Shown: positions 43,783 through 54,200 of the stretch, piece after piece
Numbering within the stretch: the first letter of the stretch is position 1
Layout of the letters: each line of letters starts with the position of its first letter
From: Candidatus Woesearchaeota archaeon
GTDB taxonomy: Archaea; Nanobdellota; Nanobdellia; Woesearchaeales; JACPBO01
Length of the DNA stretch: 64,000 nt
Direction of reading: 5' to 3'
Assembly (NCBI GenBank): GCA_016180285.1
Contig: JACPBO010000002.1
Coordinates: 15,570-79,569 of the forward strand
The notes under the pieces: generated by a model
The model's input: the letters and a program-made list of their open reading frames with translations, nothing else
What the model was told of the DNA's origin: nothing
Database searches by the model: none
Position numbers and translations under genes: made by a program

Positions 43783-46700
43783 TCTGAAGAGAAAAAAAGA
43801 GGAGCAGAATGAGCTTGAAGATCTTGTTAGCAAGGACTATCATAGAATTGAAGAAGATAAAGTTAAAGAAAAAGCAATAAAGAAATACAAGCCTGAATTT
43901 GTGGTTGCTCTTTTATTGATTGTAGCATCAATGCTTATTTTCAGGGCCGCTTACACTGGCTTGTTTATTTATGGCGAGGCAGGTTATTCTAAAGAGCTTA
44001 ATTTGACATTTAATGAAACAGCAACTTACAATCTATTTTTAAACGCAAGCCCGCTTTCTTTAAAGCTTTCTGGCTCCGTAGTCGGGAATGGTTATGCTAA
44101 GGTTTATTTGTTGGATAATGGAATCAGAAAATTGATTGTTGATAGCTCTCAATTGCAAACTTCTTATGATTTAATAACTGCTTATGCTATTGCTGAAGAA
44201 TTTTTGAACGAAACAAATATTCCGGAGAATATTACAAACACAACTGAAGCAATAAACCAAACAACAAATGCGGCAGAGAACATTGCGGAAATTGCAAATC
44301 AAACAAATTTAACCGAAACAAGCCCGACTTTGCCTGAAAACATAACAGAACCCGCCAATCAAACAGAAAACATCGCAATAAATCGTGCTCCCGTATGGAT
44401 TTTTGATGCCGATTCATTTATTGTGGCTGGAAATTTAACAATAAACCTTTCGCAGTATTTTATTGATCTTGACAATGATTCTATTTCTTACATTGTTTCA
44501 GAGCCTGAAAACGTGCTTATTTTAAAAGAATTTGAAATGATAACCTTGGCGCCAGATGCAAATATCGTCGGGAATAGAACAATTAAGATATTTGCTTCTG
44601 ATCTAAAAAACACAACTGAAAAAGAAGTTACACTGGTTATTAACACAACAAAAGAGGCTGCTGAAACTGCTCCTGAAAACATAACAATTCCCGTAAAAGT
44701 GTTTGACAGCATTTGTGTTGATACGTGTTTCTTAACAGGCGTTGGCAGAAATATAACTTTATTGATCGAAATAGAGAATGCAACACTGAACTTAACAAAA
44801 TTAGAATATGATGCAAAACCTGAAAATATAACTGCCAATAACCCGCCGCAATGCAGCCTGATCCCAAATGTCAATATTTCTAAAAATGAGCTTTCTACAA
44901 TATGGCTGGATAAATACTGCTCAGATGCCAATGATGATACTTTGAGTTATGATGTTTCTCTTAGTTCAAAAGAAGTTGATACAATGATCACAAAAGATAT
45001 GGTTACGTTTATTCCGAGAAAGAATTTTGTCGGAACAACATTCATGTCCTTCGTAGTGAATGATTCTAAGAACATAACTTTCACAAATATAATTGTCATT
45101 AATGTAACAGGCAACATAACTGAGAAAAAAAGAAATGCAACGATTAATCTAAAAAACAATAAAAAAGAAAAAACAGGCAGTTATAGCTTAACAAACAACA
45201 GCGACGAAACATTTGATTTGGAGCTCAGCAATCTGCCTGGCTTTGGAGTTTTAGAGAAGAAAAAGGAATCCAGAATAAATATTAAAAAAATAAAAGAACT
45301 GAAAGACGCCGATGTTTTAATTGATGCAATAGAAGACAACAGAATAGGAACAGATGTATTTGCAATAAATGAAACCCTTGATTTTGAAAGCGCAGCAATA
45401 ACTTTAGCTAAGAATTCTGATGTGAATTCAGTGTTTTACTGCTCTGATTTTGATTTTGAAACCTTGTCTTGCTCAAATTGGCAGAAAACAGACATTCCAT
45501 TTACAGATAATGGAAATACAATAACATTCAATGTAACTCATTTCTCGGCTTATGCTGGCGGTTTGACAATAATAAATGTATACAGCCATCCTTCTTTATA
45601 TGGAAACTGGATAGTTGGCTTTAATACTACAGGAGCCGCTAATTTGACAATAACAGCTACAAGAGAGAGCAATTACACCAACATCTACACGAGATGGAGC
45701 AATGAAAGCGAAGATTCTGGATTGTACGATTTAAGATTTCTCGAAGTAAAGTGCGGCAATCAGACTATGAATTACGAATGGCAAGGAACAAACTGCTTTG
45801 AGCAGGAGTGCAGCGTATTTATTGCCAACTATTCATGTAATGAAACTGCGCAAGAGATAAGCAAAGTTTTGACGGCAAAAAGGCACGTCTTGAAGTTTGA
45901 GTTTGGCGGGCAGATTGCATATGCTTACAATGCCGTTGGAAACGAAAGCTCAGATTCAGGAACAGACGAGTGGAGGATGTTTGGCAGATACCTTAATCAG
46001 ACGCGTTATACAAACTCAGCAGCTCCTACAAATCTGGCTAATGCAAAGATTATAACATTTTCAAGTACAAGTACTATTCAGTCTTCTCCTGCTGTTGCCA
46101 ACGGCTATGTGTATGTTGGCAGTGATGATGCCAAGCTATACCAGCTTAATGCTTCTAATATCAGCCAGCAAGTAGCGAGTTTTTCAGCAGCCGGCGCTAT
46201 TTATTCCTCGCCTGCTGTTGCTGATGGCTATGTTTATATTCTGAATTACAATACAACAATATACCAACTCAATGCCTCAAATGTCAGCCAGAAGATAGCA
46301 AGCTTTTCAACTGGCGGAGGCTTTTATAATACACAATCTTCTCCTGTTGTTTCCAATGGCTTTGTCTATGTTGGAAGCTCGCTAGGAGTGTTATATCAGC
46401 TTAATGCATCCAATGTCAGCCAAAAAATAGCAAATTTCACAGCCGGCGATGGCATGTATACTGTGCCTGCTGTTGCCAATGGCTTCGTGTATGCAGGAAG
46501 CAATGATGCTAAATTATACCAGCTTAATGCATCCAATGTCAGCCAGCAGATAGCAAATTTCTCAGCCGGAGTCTTTTATTCTTCTGCTGCAGTTGCCAAT
46601 GGATTTGTATATGTGGGAAACGATGATGGTAATCTATACCAGCTTAACGCATCAAATGTCAGCCAAAAAATAGCAAATTATTCAACTGGCGGGGCCATTA

Positions 46701-48193
46701 GATCTTCACCTGCAGTTGCTAACGGCTATGTGTATGTTGGAAGCAACGATAACAGAACATATCAGCTTAATGCAACCAATGTTAGTTTGTTAATCGCAAG
46801 CTATACAGCAAATAATAACATCCAATCTTCTCCTGCTGTTACTGACAGTTATGTATTCATTGGCAGCTACGATGATAAGCTATACCAGCTTAATGCAACC
46901 AATATTAGCATATTGGTGTCAAGCTATACAACTAGCGGCGATGTTATCTCTTCTCCTGCAGTTGCTAATGGCTCTGTTTATGTTGGAAGTCTTGATTGGA
47001 AACTATACCAGTTTATATTGGATGTAACTTACCCATCCATCAACTTCACACAGCCGCCAACACCTCCTAATGGCACAACAACAAAAAACACCTCTGTCCA
47101 GATAAACATAAGCATTACAAATGCCTCTGATTTGGCAGAGTTCAAATGGAACTGGAACGGAACAAATTACACTTTCTACAACGCTTCTTTAGTATTGATG
47201 ATGAACTTCGACAATGTTTCTTCAATTGGAGAGAGTGCGACAAATGCCGTTGATGTCAGCAAATACGGAAATAATGGGACTCTTACAAATGGAGCTGTTT
47301 GGAATTGCAGTAGCGGAAAATATGGATGTGCCTTGCAATTCGATGGTATTAATGATTTAGTCAGTATTCCTGACAGCTCTAGTTGGGACTTTGGTAATCG
47401 TGATTTCACAGTGAATCTTTGGGTGAATTTCAAAAATCTTAGTTATGCCTCATTTATTGACCAATTTTGGTCTGTAAGAGCATGGGTTATCGGATATAAT
47501 GCAACTGCGTTATATTTCCGTTATAGTACAGACGGGACTACTGTTAACGGAGATCATACTGTTCCATGGTCCGCAAATAATAATACTTGGTACTACATTA
47601 CTGCTCTCCGCTCTGGATCAAATATTCGGCTTTATGTTGATGGCTCGCAAATTGGTTCTGACTTTAATGCAGGAACTGATGTAATTTATAATTCAAATAA
47701 GGCGCTTTGGGTAGGTTGCGCCCATACAGGGGGCGGTGGCGATACCCCGGGTTTTTGTCTCAACGGTTCAATCGACGAAATCCGCATCTGGAACAGAAGC
47801 CTAAGTGCAGCAGAAATTAACCAATCATACATGTCAAATCTGTACAAATACGACACAGACAAATGGGCGTTCTATACAAATCAGACTAATTTGACAAATG
47901 GAAGTTACACATATTTTGGTTATGTAAAAGATATAACTGGGAATTCAAACCAGACCGAAGTCAGAACATTGACAATAGGAAACACAGCGCCTACAGCTAC
48001 AAACATAATTCTAAATTCAACAGATTCGCTGAACAGGACAAATGGGACTTTACAAGGATTCTGGACTTTTTCAGATGCTGATGGCGACACGCAACAGAAT
48101 AATGAAACAATGTGGTACAACAACAGCGTAGAAATCGTAAGTTTGAGAAATAACAAAGAACGAAAACTGGACTTTCTCTGTAAGGGTCTATGA
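43775..48193 (+). CDS. Giant surface protein, N-terminal segment (1472 aa): signal-anchor, ~12 PQQ-like beta-propeller repeats, LamG/ConA-like lectin domain; likely 5' part of a frameshifted ~3850-aa gene
   Basis: N-terminal TM FVVALLLIVASMLIFRAAYTGLFIYG. Repeated SSPAVANG[YF]VYVGSxDxKLYQLNASNVSQ units (PQQ-like). LamG-like signature ...LYVDGSQIGS...IDEIRIWNRSLSAAEINQSY. Extremely rich in N-x-S/T sequons. Ends abruptly inside an FN3/Ig-like repeat also present in the downstream ORF. Confidence 0.8.
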   Translation: MFDLKRKKEEQNELEDLVSKDYHRIEEDKVKEKAIKKYKPEFVVALLLIVASMLIFRAAYTGLFIYGEAGYSKELNLTFNETATYNLFLNASPLSLKLSGSVVGNGYAKVYLLDNGIRKLIVDSSQLQTSYDLITAYAIAEEFLNETNIPENITNTTEAINQTTNAAENIAEIANQTNLTETSPTLPENITEPANQTENIAINRAPVWIFDADSFIVAGNLTINLSQYFIDLDNDSISYIVSEPENVLILKEFEMITLAPDANIVGNRTIKIFASDLKNTTEKEVTLVINTTKEAAETAPENITIPVKVFDSICVDTCFLTGVGRNITLLIEIENATLNLTKLEYDAKPENITANNPPQCSLIPNVNISKNELSTIWLDKYCSDANDDTLSYDVSLSSKEVDTMITKDMVTFIPRKNFVGTTFMSFVVNDSKNITFTNIIVINVTGNITEKKRNATINLKNNKKEKTGSYSLTNNSDETFDLELSNLPGFGVLEKKKESRINIKKIKELKDADVLIDAIEDNRIGTDVFAINETLDFESAAITLAKNSDVNSVFYCSDFDFETLSCSNWQKTDIPFTDNGNTITFNVTHFSAYAGGLTIINVYSHPSLYGNWIVGFNTTGAANLTITATRESNYTNIYTRWSNESEDSGLYDLRFLEVKCGNQTMNYEWQGTNCFEQECSVFIANYSCNETAQEISKVLTAKRHVLKFEFGGQIAYAYNAVGNESSDSGTDEWRMFGRYLNQTRYTNSAAPTNLANAKIITFSSTSTIQSSPAVANGYVYVGSDDAKLYQLNASNISQQVASFSAAGAIYSSPAVADGYVYILNYNTTIYQLNASNVSQKIASFSTGGGFYNTQSSPVVSNGFVYVGSSLGVLYQLNASNVSQKIANFTAGDGMYTVPAVANGFVYAGSNDAKLYQLNASNVSQQIANFSAGVFYSSAAVANGFVYVGNDDGNLYQLNASNVSQKIANYSTGGAIRSSPAVANGYVYVGSNDNRTYQLNATNVSLLIASYTANNNIQSSPAVTDSYVFIGSYDDKLYQLNATNISILVSSYTTSGDVISSPAVANGSVYVGSLDWKLYQFILDVTYPSINFTQPPTPPNGTTTKNTSVQINISITNASDLAEFKWNWNGTNYTFYNASLVLMMNFDNVSSIGESATNAVDVSKYGNNGTLTNGAVWNCSSGKYGCALQFDGINDLVSIPDSSSWDFGNRDFTVNLWVNFKNLSYASFIDQFWSVRAWVIGYNATALYFRYSTDGTTVNGDHTVPWSANNNTWYYITALRSGSNIRLYVDGSQIGSDFNAGTDVIYNSNKALWVGCAHTGGGGDTPGFCLNGSIDEIRIWNRSLSAAEINQSYMSNLYKYDTDKWAFYTNQTNLTNGSYTYFGYVKDITGNSNQTEVRTLTIGNTAPTATNIILNSTDSLNRTNGTLQGFWTFSDADGDTQQNNETMWYNNSVEIVSLRNNKERKLDFLCKGL
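46060..47000 (+). repeat. Tandem ~120-bp near-identical DNA repeats encoding PQQ-like blades
   Basis: Recurrent strings such as taccagcttaatgcatccaatgtcagcca at ~46390, 46510, 46630. Confidence 0.6.
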
Positions 48194-48230
48194 TGGAACA
48201 GACTGGAGCAGCTGGGTTAATTCCAGCGTT

Positions 48231-51200
48231 TTGGCAATTGCAAACACAATGCCTGTTGCATCAAACATTCAAACAAACAATACCTTGCCAATTACAAATG
48301 AATTTGTTGCATTTAATGCAACATGGACAGATGCCGATCTGAATGATTTAAAGGGCTATATTTTTTCATCCAACTTCAATGGAACTTGGGCGAATGAAAC
48401 ACCAATCTCTTTTGGCGGGACAACGAATTACAGCAATTATTCAAAGCAAGTTCCGTCAACTTATGGAGAATATCAATGGAGGATTTATGCTAATGATTCT
48501 GACGGGGCATGGAATGATACGGAGATACAATACATAACAATTATTTCAAATTCAAGCGAATGGCCAATGTTCCATCACAACATAGTGCATACAGGCCATA
48601 CTTCTTCAGCAAGTCCAACAATAAACAACACAAGATGGATTTTTATAACGCAGGGTTCAGCACAATCGTCGCCAGCTATTGTAAACGGGGTTGTTTACAT
48701 TGGATCTAACGACAACAGAACCTACGCATTAAATGCTTCAACAGGAGCCCATATCTGGAATTTCTCAACAAAAAATAGCGTAATATCTTCTCCTGCTGTT
48801 GCAAACAATATTGTTTATGTTGGATCGTATGATAACAACACTTATGCATTGAACGCTTCTACTGGGGCCCATATCTGGAATTTCTCAACCAATGGCAGCA
48901 TAGACTCTTCTCCAGCAGTTGTTAATGCCATAATGTATGTTGGCTCAAGGGATAAAAAGATTTATGCACTGAATGCGTCTACTGGAGCACATATTTGGAA
49001 CTTTACAACCGGCAATAGCATAATCTATTCTTCGCCAACAATTGCCAAAGGGATTTCATACATTGGCTCAAATGATGGCAAAACTTACGCATTAAATGCT
49101 TCAACAGGCGCTCACATCTGGAACTTTTCACCTTCCAGTACAGGCGTGGTTCCGACAACAATAGTCTTTAATGATGTTGCTTATACTGCAAGCAATAACT
49201 TATATGCATTGAACGCTTCCACTGGAGCGCATATTTGGAATTACTCGGCTGCCAGCGGATCAATTGAATCATCTCCGGCAATTGACAATGGCGTTGTGTA
49301 CCTTGGCGATTTATCTAATATGCTCAACATGGTTAATGCAACCAGCGGTGCATCTATAAGAAATGTAACAGTAGCTGATATGATAGATTTTTCTTCTCCA
49401 GCAATAGCAAATAGCATCATTTATTTCGGGGATATCTCTGGCAAGTTTTACGCAATAAATGCATCCAATGGGGTTAATGTTTGGAACTACACCAGCGGCA
49501 ACCAGCAAATAATATCCTCGCCCGCAATAGCAGATGGTGTTGTTTATGTTGGCGCCGATAACGGGATAATATATGCTTTCGGTTCAAACAGAGCGCCAAC
49601 AGCAACGAACATAATTTTGAATTCAACAGATCCCCAGAACAGGACAAACGGCACTTTAAGCGGCTTCTGGACGTTTTCCGAACAGGATTACAACGATACG
49701 CAGCAATTAAATGAAACAACATGGTATAACAACAGCGTAGAAGTTACGCAATTTAGAAACATAACATCCATAGGCAGAAATGCAACTAAAAATCAGAACT
49801 GGACTTTTTCAGTTAGAGTCTATGACGGAGAAGACTGGAGTAATTGGAGTAACTCTTCAACTATCACAATACAAAATACTGCTCCAACACAATCCACTCC
49901 AATCATAAACTCTTCAATGGGCTTGAATAAGACAAACGAAACATTATACTGCTTCAATCAGTCAACAGCCGACATAGATGGCGATGCAATATCAAACAAG
50001 ATAAGGTGGCTCAATAATTCCGCTGCAATCATCGCATTGGAAAATTTAACATCAATAAGCCATGGCAACACAACAAAGAACGAAAACTGGACTTGTGAAA
50101 TAACGCCTTTTGACGGAACTGCATACGGAACGGCATTAAACTCTTCAATTTTGACAATAGCAAATTTGGCCCCAACAGCAACAAACATAATTTTGAACTC
50201 ATCTATGAAGTTGAATAAGACAAATGAAACGCTTCAAGGATTCTGGACTTTTTCAGATGCTGATGGCGACACGCAACAGAATAATGAAACAATGTGGTAC
50301 AACAACAGCGTAGAAATCGTAAGTTTGAGAAATGACATAGATGGCGATACGATAACAAACAGAATAAGATGGCTCAATAATTCAATCGCTGTTGCATCGC
50401 TGGAAAACCAAACTTCAATTGGTCATGGCAACACAACAAAACTGCAGAACTGGACTTGCGAAGTAACACCTTATGATGGAACTGATCATGGAACAGCATT
50501 GAATTCTTCAATATTAACAATAGCAAACTCAATTTCGGCTACAAGCAATGTTACAACCTACCCAACACTCGCTTACAAAAACAACACTTTGAACTGCTCT
50601 GCTGTTTATAATGATGCAGACAATGATATCGGAACAGTTTATTTCAGCTGGTATAAAAATAATGCAAGGCAAAATAGTTATACAACTTCGCTTGTAGCAG
50701 GCAATGGGGCTGGAGGGTATGCTGAAGGCAATGTTACTAGTGCAATGTTTAATTATCCCGGTCACCTTGCTGTTGACTCAGCAGGAAACACACTTTATCT
50801 GACAGATTACTTCAATGCCAAAGTTAGAAAAGTAAATTTAACAACAAATACAACCTCGCTTATTTCAGGCGGTTTTGTTGGTTCTTGGGGCATTGTTTTG
50901 TTCAATGATACGACACTTTATGTCAGCGACTGGGATAATTGCACAATACAAAAAATAAATTTAGCAATGAATGCGACTTCTACTGTAGCAGGAAATGGCA
51001 CTTGCGGATATGCAGAAGGAACAGGAAGCAGCGCAATGTTTAACAACCCAAGTGGCCTTGCTGTAAATTCAAACGGCACTTTCTTGTATGTTGCAGATTA
51101 CAGCAATAACAGAATAAGAAGAATTGATTTAACCACAAACACAACATCTCTGATCGCAGGCAATGGAACAGCAGGATACACAGAAGGTGTGGGAAATCAA

Positions 51201-54200
51201 ACAAAGTTTAACAATCCTTACGCAGCCACAATTAGTCCGGACAATCATTACTTGTACATCTCAGACTCAGGGAGTCATAGGATCAGACGCATTGATTTAA
51301 CCACAAACACAACATCTCTGATCGCAGGCAATGGAACAAGAGGATATCTGGAAGGAACAGGAATTAATGCAATGCTTAATGGCCCTGATCAAACATCGAT
51401 GAATTCAGAAGGAACAATGCTTTATTTCATTGAACCATCGGGCAATAGAGTCAGGGCAATCAATTTAACCACAAACACAACCTTGCTTGTTGCAGGCAAT
51501 GGAACTCCCGACTATTTGGAAGGCAGTTTTATCAATGTAATGGTTTCTGGGGAGGGTCTTGTTTCAAACCCAAGCGGAACGAAACTTTACATATCTGATA
51601 GCAATAACAACAGAATTCGCGTCATCAATCTAAATAACTCATACGACGCTACAGTTGCCAATGTTACAAGCGGAACATTAGCATGGACAAACATTTTTGT
51701 GCCCTCATCTGCATTAACCAAGAATGACAACTGGACTTGCAGCGCAATAGCATATGATGGAACCATATTTAGCAATTGGGTAAATTCCAGCAGCGTAATG
51801 ATCAACAACTCAGCACCAATCCTGAACTCTTCAATCTCAGCTCAAAACTGGAGTGAAGGCGGATCAGCAACAATCAATCTTTCGCTTTATTTCACAGACA
51901 TAGATAATGACAATCTGATTTATAATTCAACAATGCCGTCCGACATCACAATATCTATAAACCAGACATCAAAGATTGCAGCATTAACAGCAGTCGGCTC
52001 GTGGTATGGTGAAAATTTCATAACATTCAATGCAACAGACGGCTCTTTAAATGCAACAAGCAACAACATAACATTGACCCTCTCAAATATAATAAGATGC
52101 GGTGATGGAATAAAAGAAGGCTCTGAAGAATGCGATGACGGCAATACAGTAAGCGGCGATGGGTGTTCTGCATCATGCGCAATAGAAGGTAGCGGCGGTG
52201 GAGGGTCGGGAGGAGGCGGCGGAGGAGTAACCCCGCCAGCGCAGCCTACTCAGCCGCCGCCTGAACAGCCGCCTCAGCCAACTCCTGAAGAGCAGCCGCC
52301 AGAACTTCCTCCAGAACAGCCGCCGCAAGTGGAATTTCCGGAAACCATAACTCAGCCGCAGACAATAATAATAGCAGGAGCTACATCAACCATCAACACA
52401 GTACCGTGCTTCAACTACACAGAAAACAAAACACTTGCATTAAAGCAAAGCAATATAACTAAAGCGATGAATATCCCAAAAGGCTACTCTGTTTTAATCA
52501 ATCCCTTCAGCCCGGACTGCGCAAAAGGATCTTTAACTTTAACATTCAACATTCCAAATAACTATGTTGATGTAAACGCATTAAAATGCAAAGGCGATGA
52601 ATGCTCCCCGGCAATAATAGAGGAAACAACAAAGCTGAAATGCGGCGGGAAAATAGTGAAGGAATTCAGGCGAAACACATCATACCTGGAGCCAATATTA
52701 ATGCCTATCAACATTACAAAAACTGACATGATTATAAAATATGAAAAAGATACTATTGAAAGCGGAAAATACAAAATAAAATTCTTGAATGAAATCAACC
52801 AGAAAGTCAGCATTTCAATGCCTTCTGAAGCAGTAAGAGAGCCAGAAAACACAAACTTGAAGATTATAGCAACTCCTTTGATTGTAACATTCGAAAACAG
52901 AACAGCAATCAATGCAGTTATCTCGTTGCCTTACATCTTGGGCAAAAACATTGAAAATGACAGCATTGCAATATACATTAAAATAAATGAAACATGGAAC
53001 CATATAGGCGGCGACATAAATTATGAAGAAAACAAAATAACAGCAACAATGAATAATTTGGAAGAATTCTTGGACGAAAACAACCAGGCAACAATAGCCG
53101 TAATGGGGATTATCTGCTTATACTGCGAAAAATCTGAATTAAATAAGGTTTATGATCCTAAAACAAGCAGGGAAGCAGTAATTCTGGTTCATGGCTTTGA
53201 AAGAAGCCCGGAAAGATTCAATGACATAATAAATGACATCAAATTAACAAGGCAGCCATGGCAGACATGGACATTCGCATACCCTTCTTCAAAAACAATA
53301 GAGGAAAATGGAAAGCAATTTGCAGAGCTGCTCGAGCTTAACATCAACGAATATGATAACCTCTACTTTGTTGCGCATTCATTAGGCGGGCTAATAACGC
53401 AGCAGGCGCTTTATTACGGCTATGAGCATAATTACAGCTTTGTAAATAAGGCAAGAAAGGCAGTTTTAATAGCATCGCCGAACAAAGGATCTATCTCAGA
53501 AGGAGTTTACAGAAATTTATATAATTTCCTTATGAACAGCAAGACAGCGGAATTGTTCAACATAAAGGGGGCCGTGGTCAAAGAATTAGTCTACGGCAAA
53601 GCAATCCCAGAAGTTCCGGGTATGGAATACAAGGTAATAGCCGGAACAAAAAGCTACGGCTTTGTAAAAATAACAAAAAGCAATGATGGCTTAGTAACAG
53701 TTGAAAGCGCGCAGACAGTTGGTGGAAAGATAATAAATAACAGCTGCGAGAATTACTGGGCCATCAATGTAACGCATACAGATATTCTGGATAATATTGA
53801 ATCAAAGCAGATCATAGAAAGGATAATCGCAGAGGAAGTTGCCAAAGTTGTCGGAAGCGGAAAATCCCTTTTAGGCAGCAATCAATATATAGAATTGAAT
53901 ATCCCGGAATGCAGTTATGAAGACACATATGTTATTGTCGGCAAAGAAATAAAGGAAGAAAAATTGCCGGACATAACAGGATGCAGCTGCGGAAATGGCT
54001 ATTGCGGCCTGGATGAAACAGCAGCAAGCTGTCCGCAAGACTGCGCAAGAATAATTTCCAAGGAAAACATTGAGCTTATAGCGTTGCTGGCATTGGCTGT
54101 TGTGTTGTTGATGTCTTTAATGGCGGCATTAACAGCGCTTTACAAGAAGATAAGAAGGCACAAGATAGGAAGGCCATTGAGATACACATTACTTACTTTA

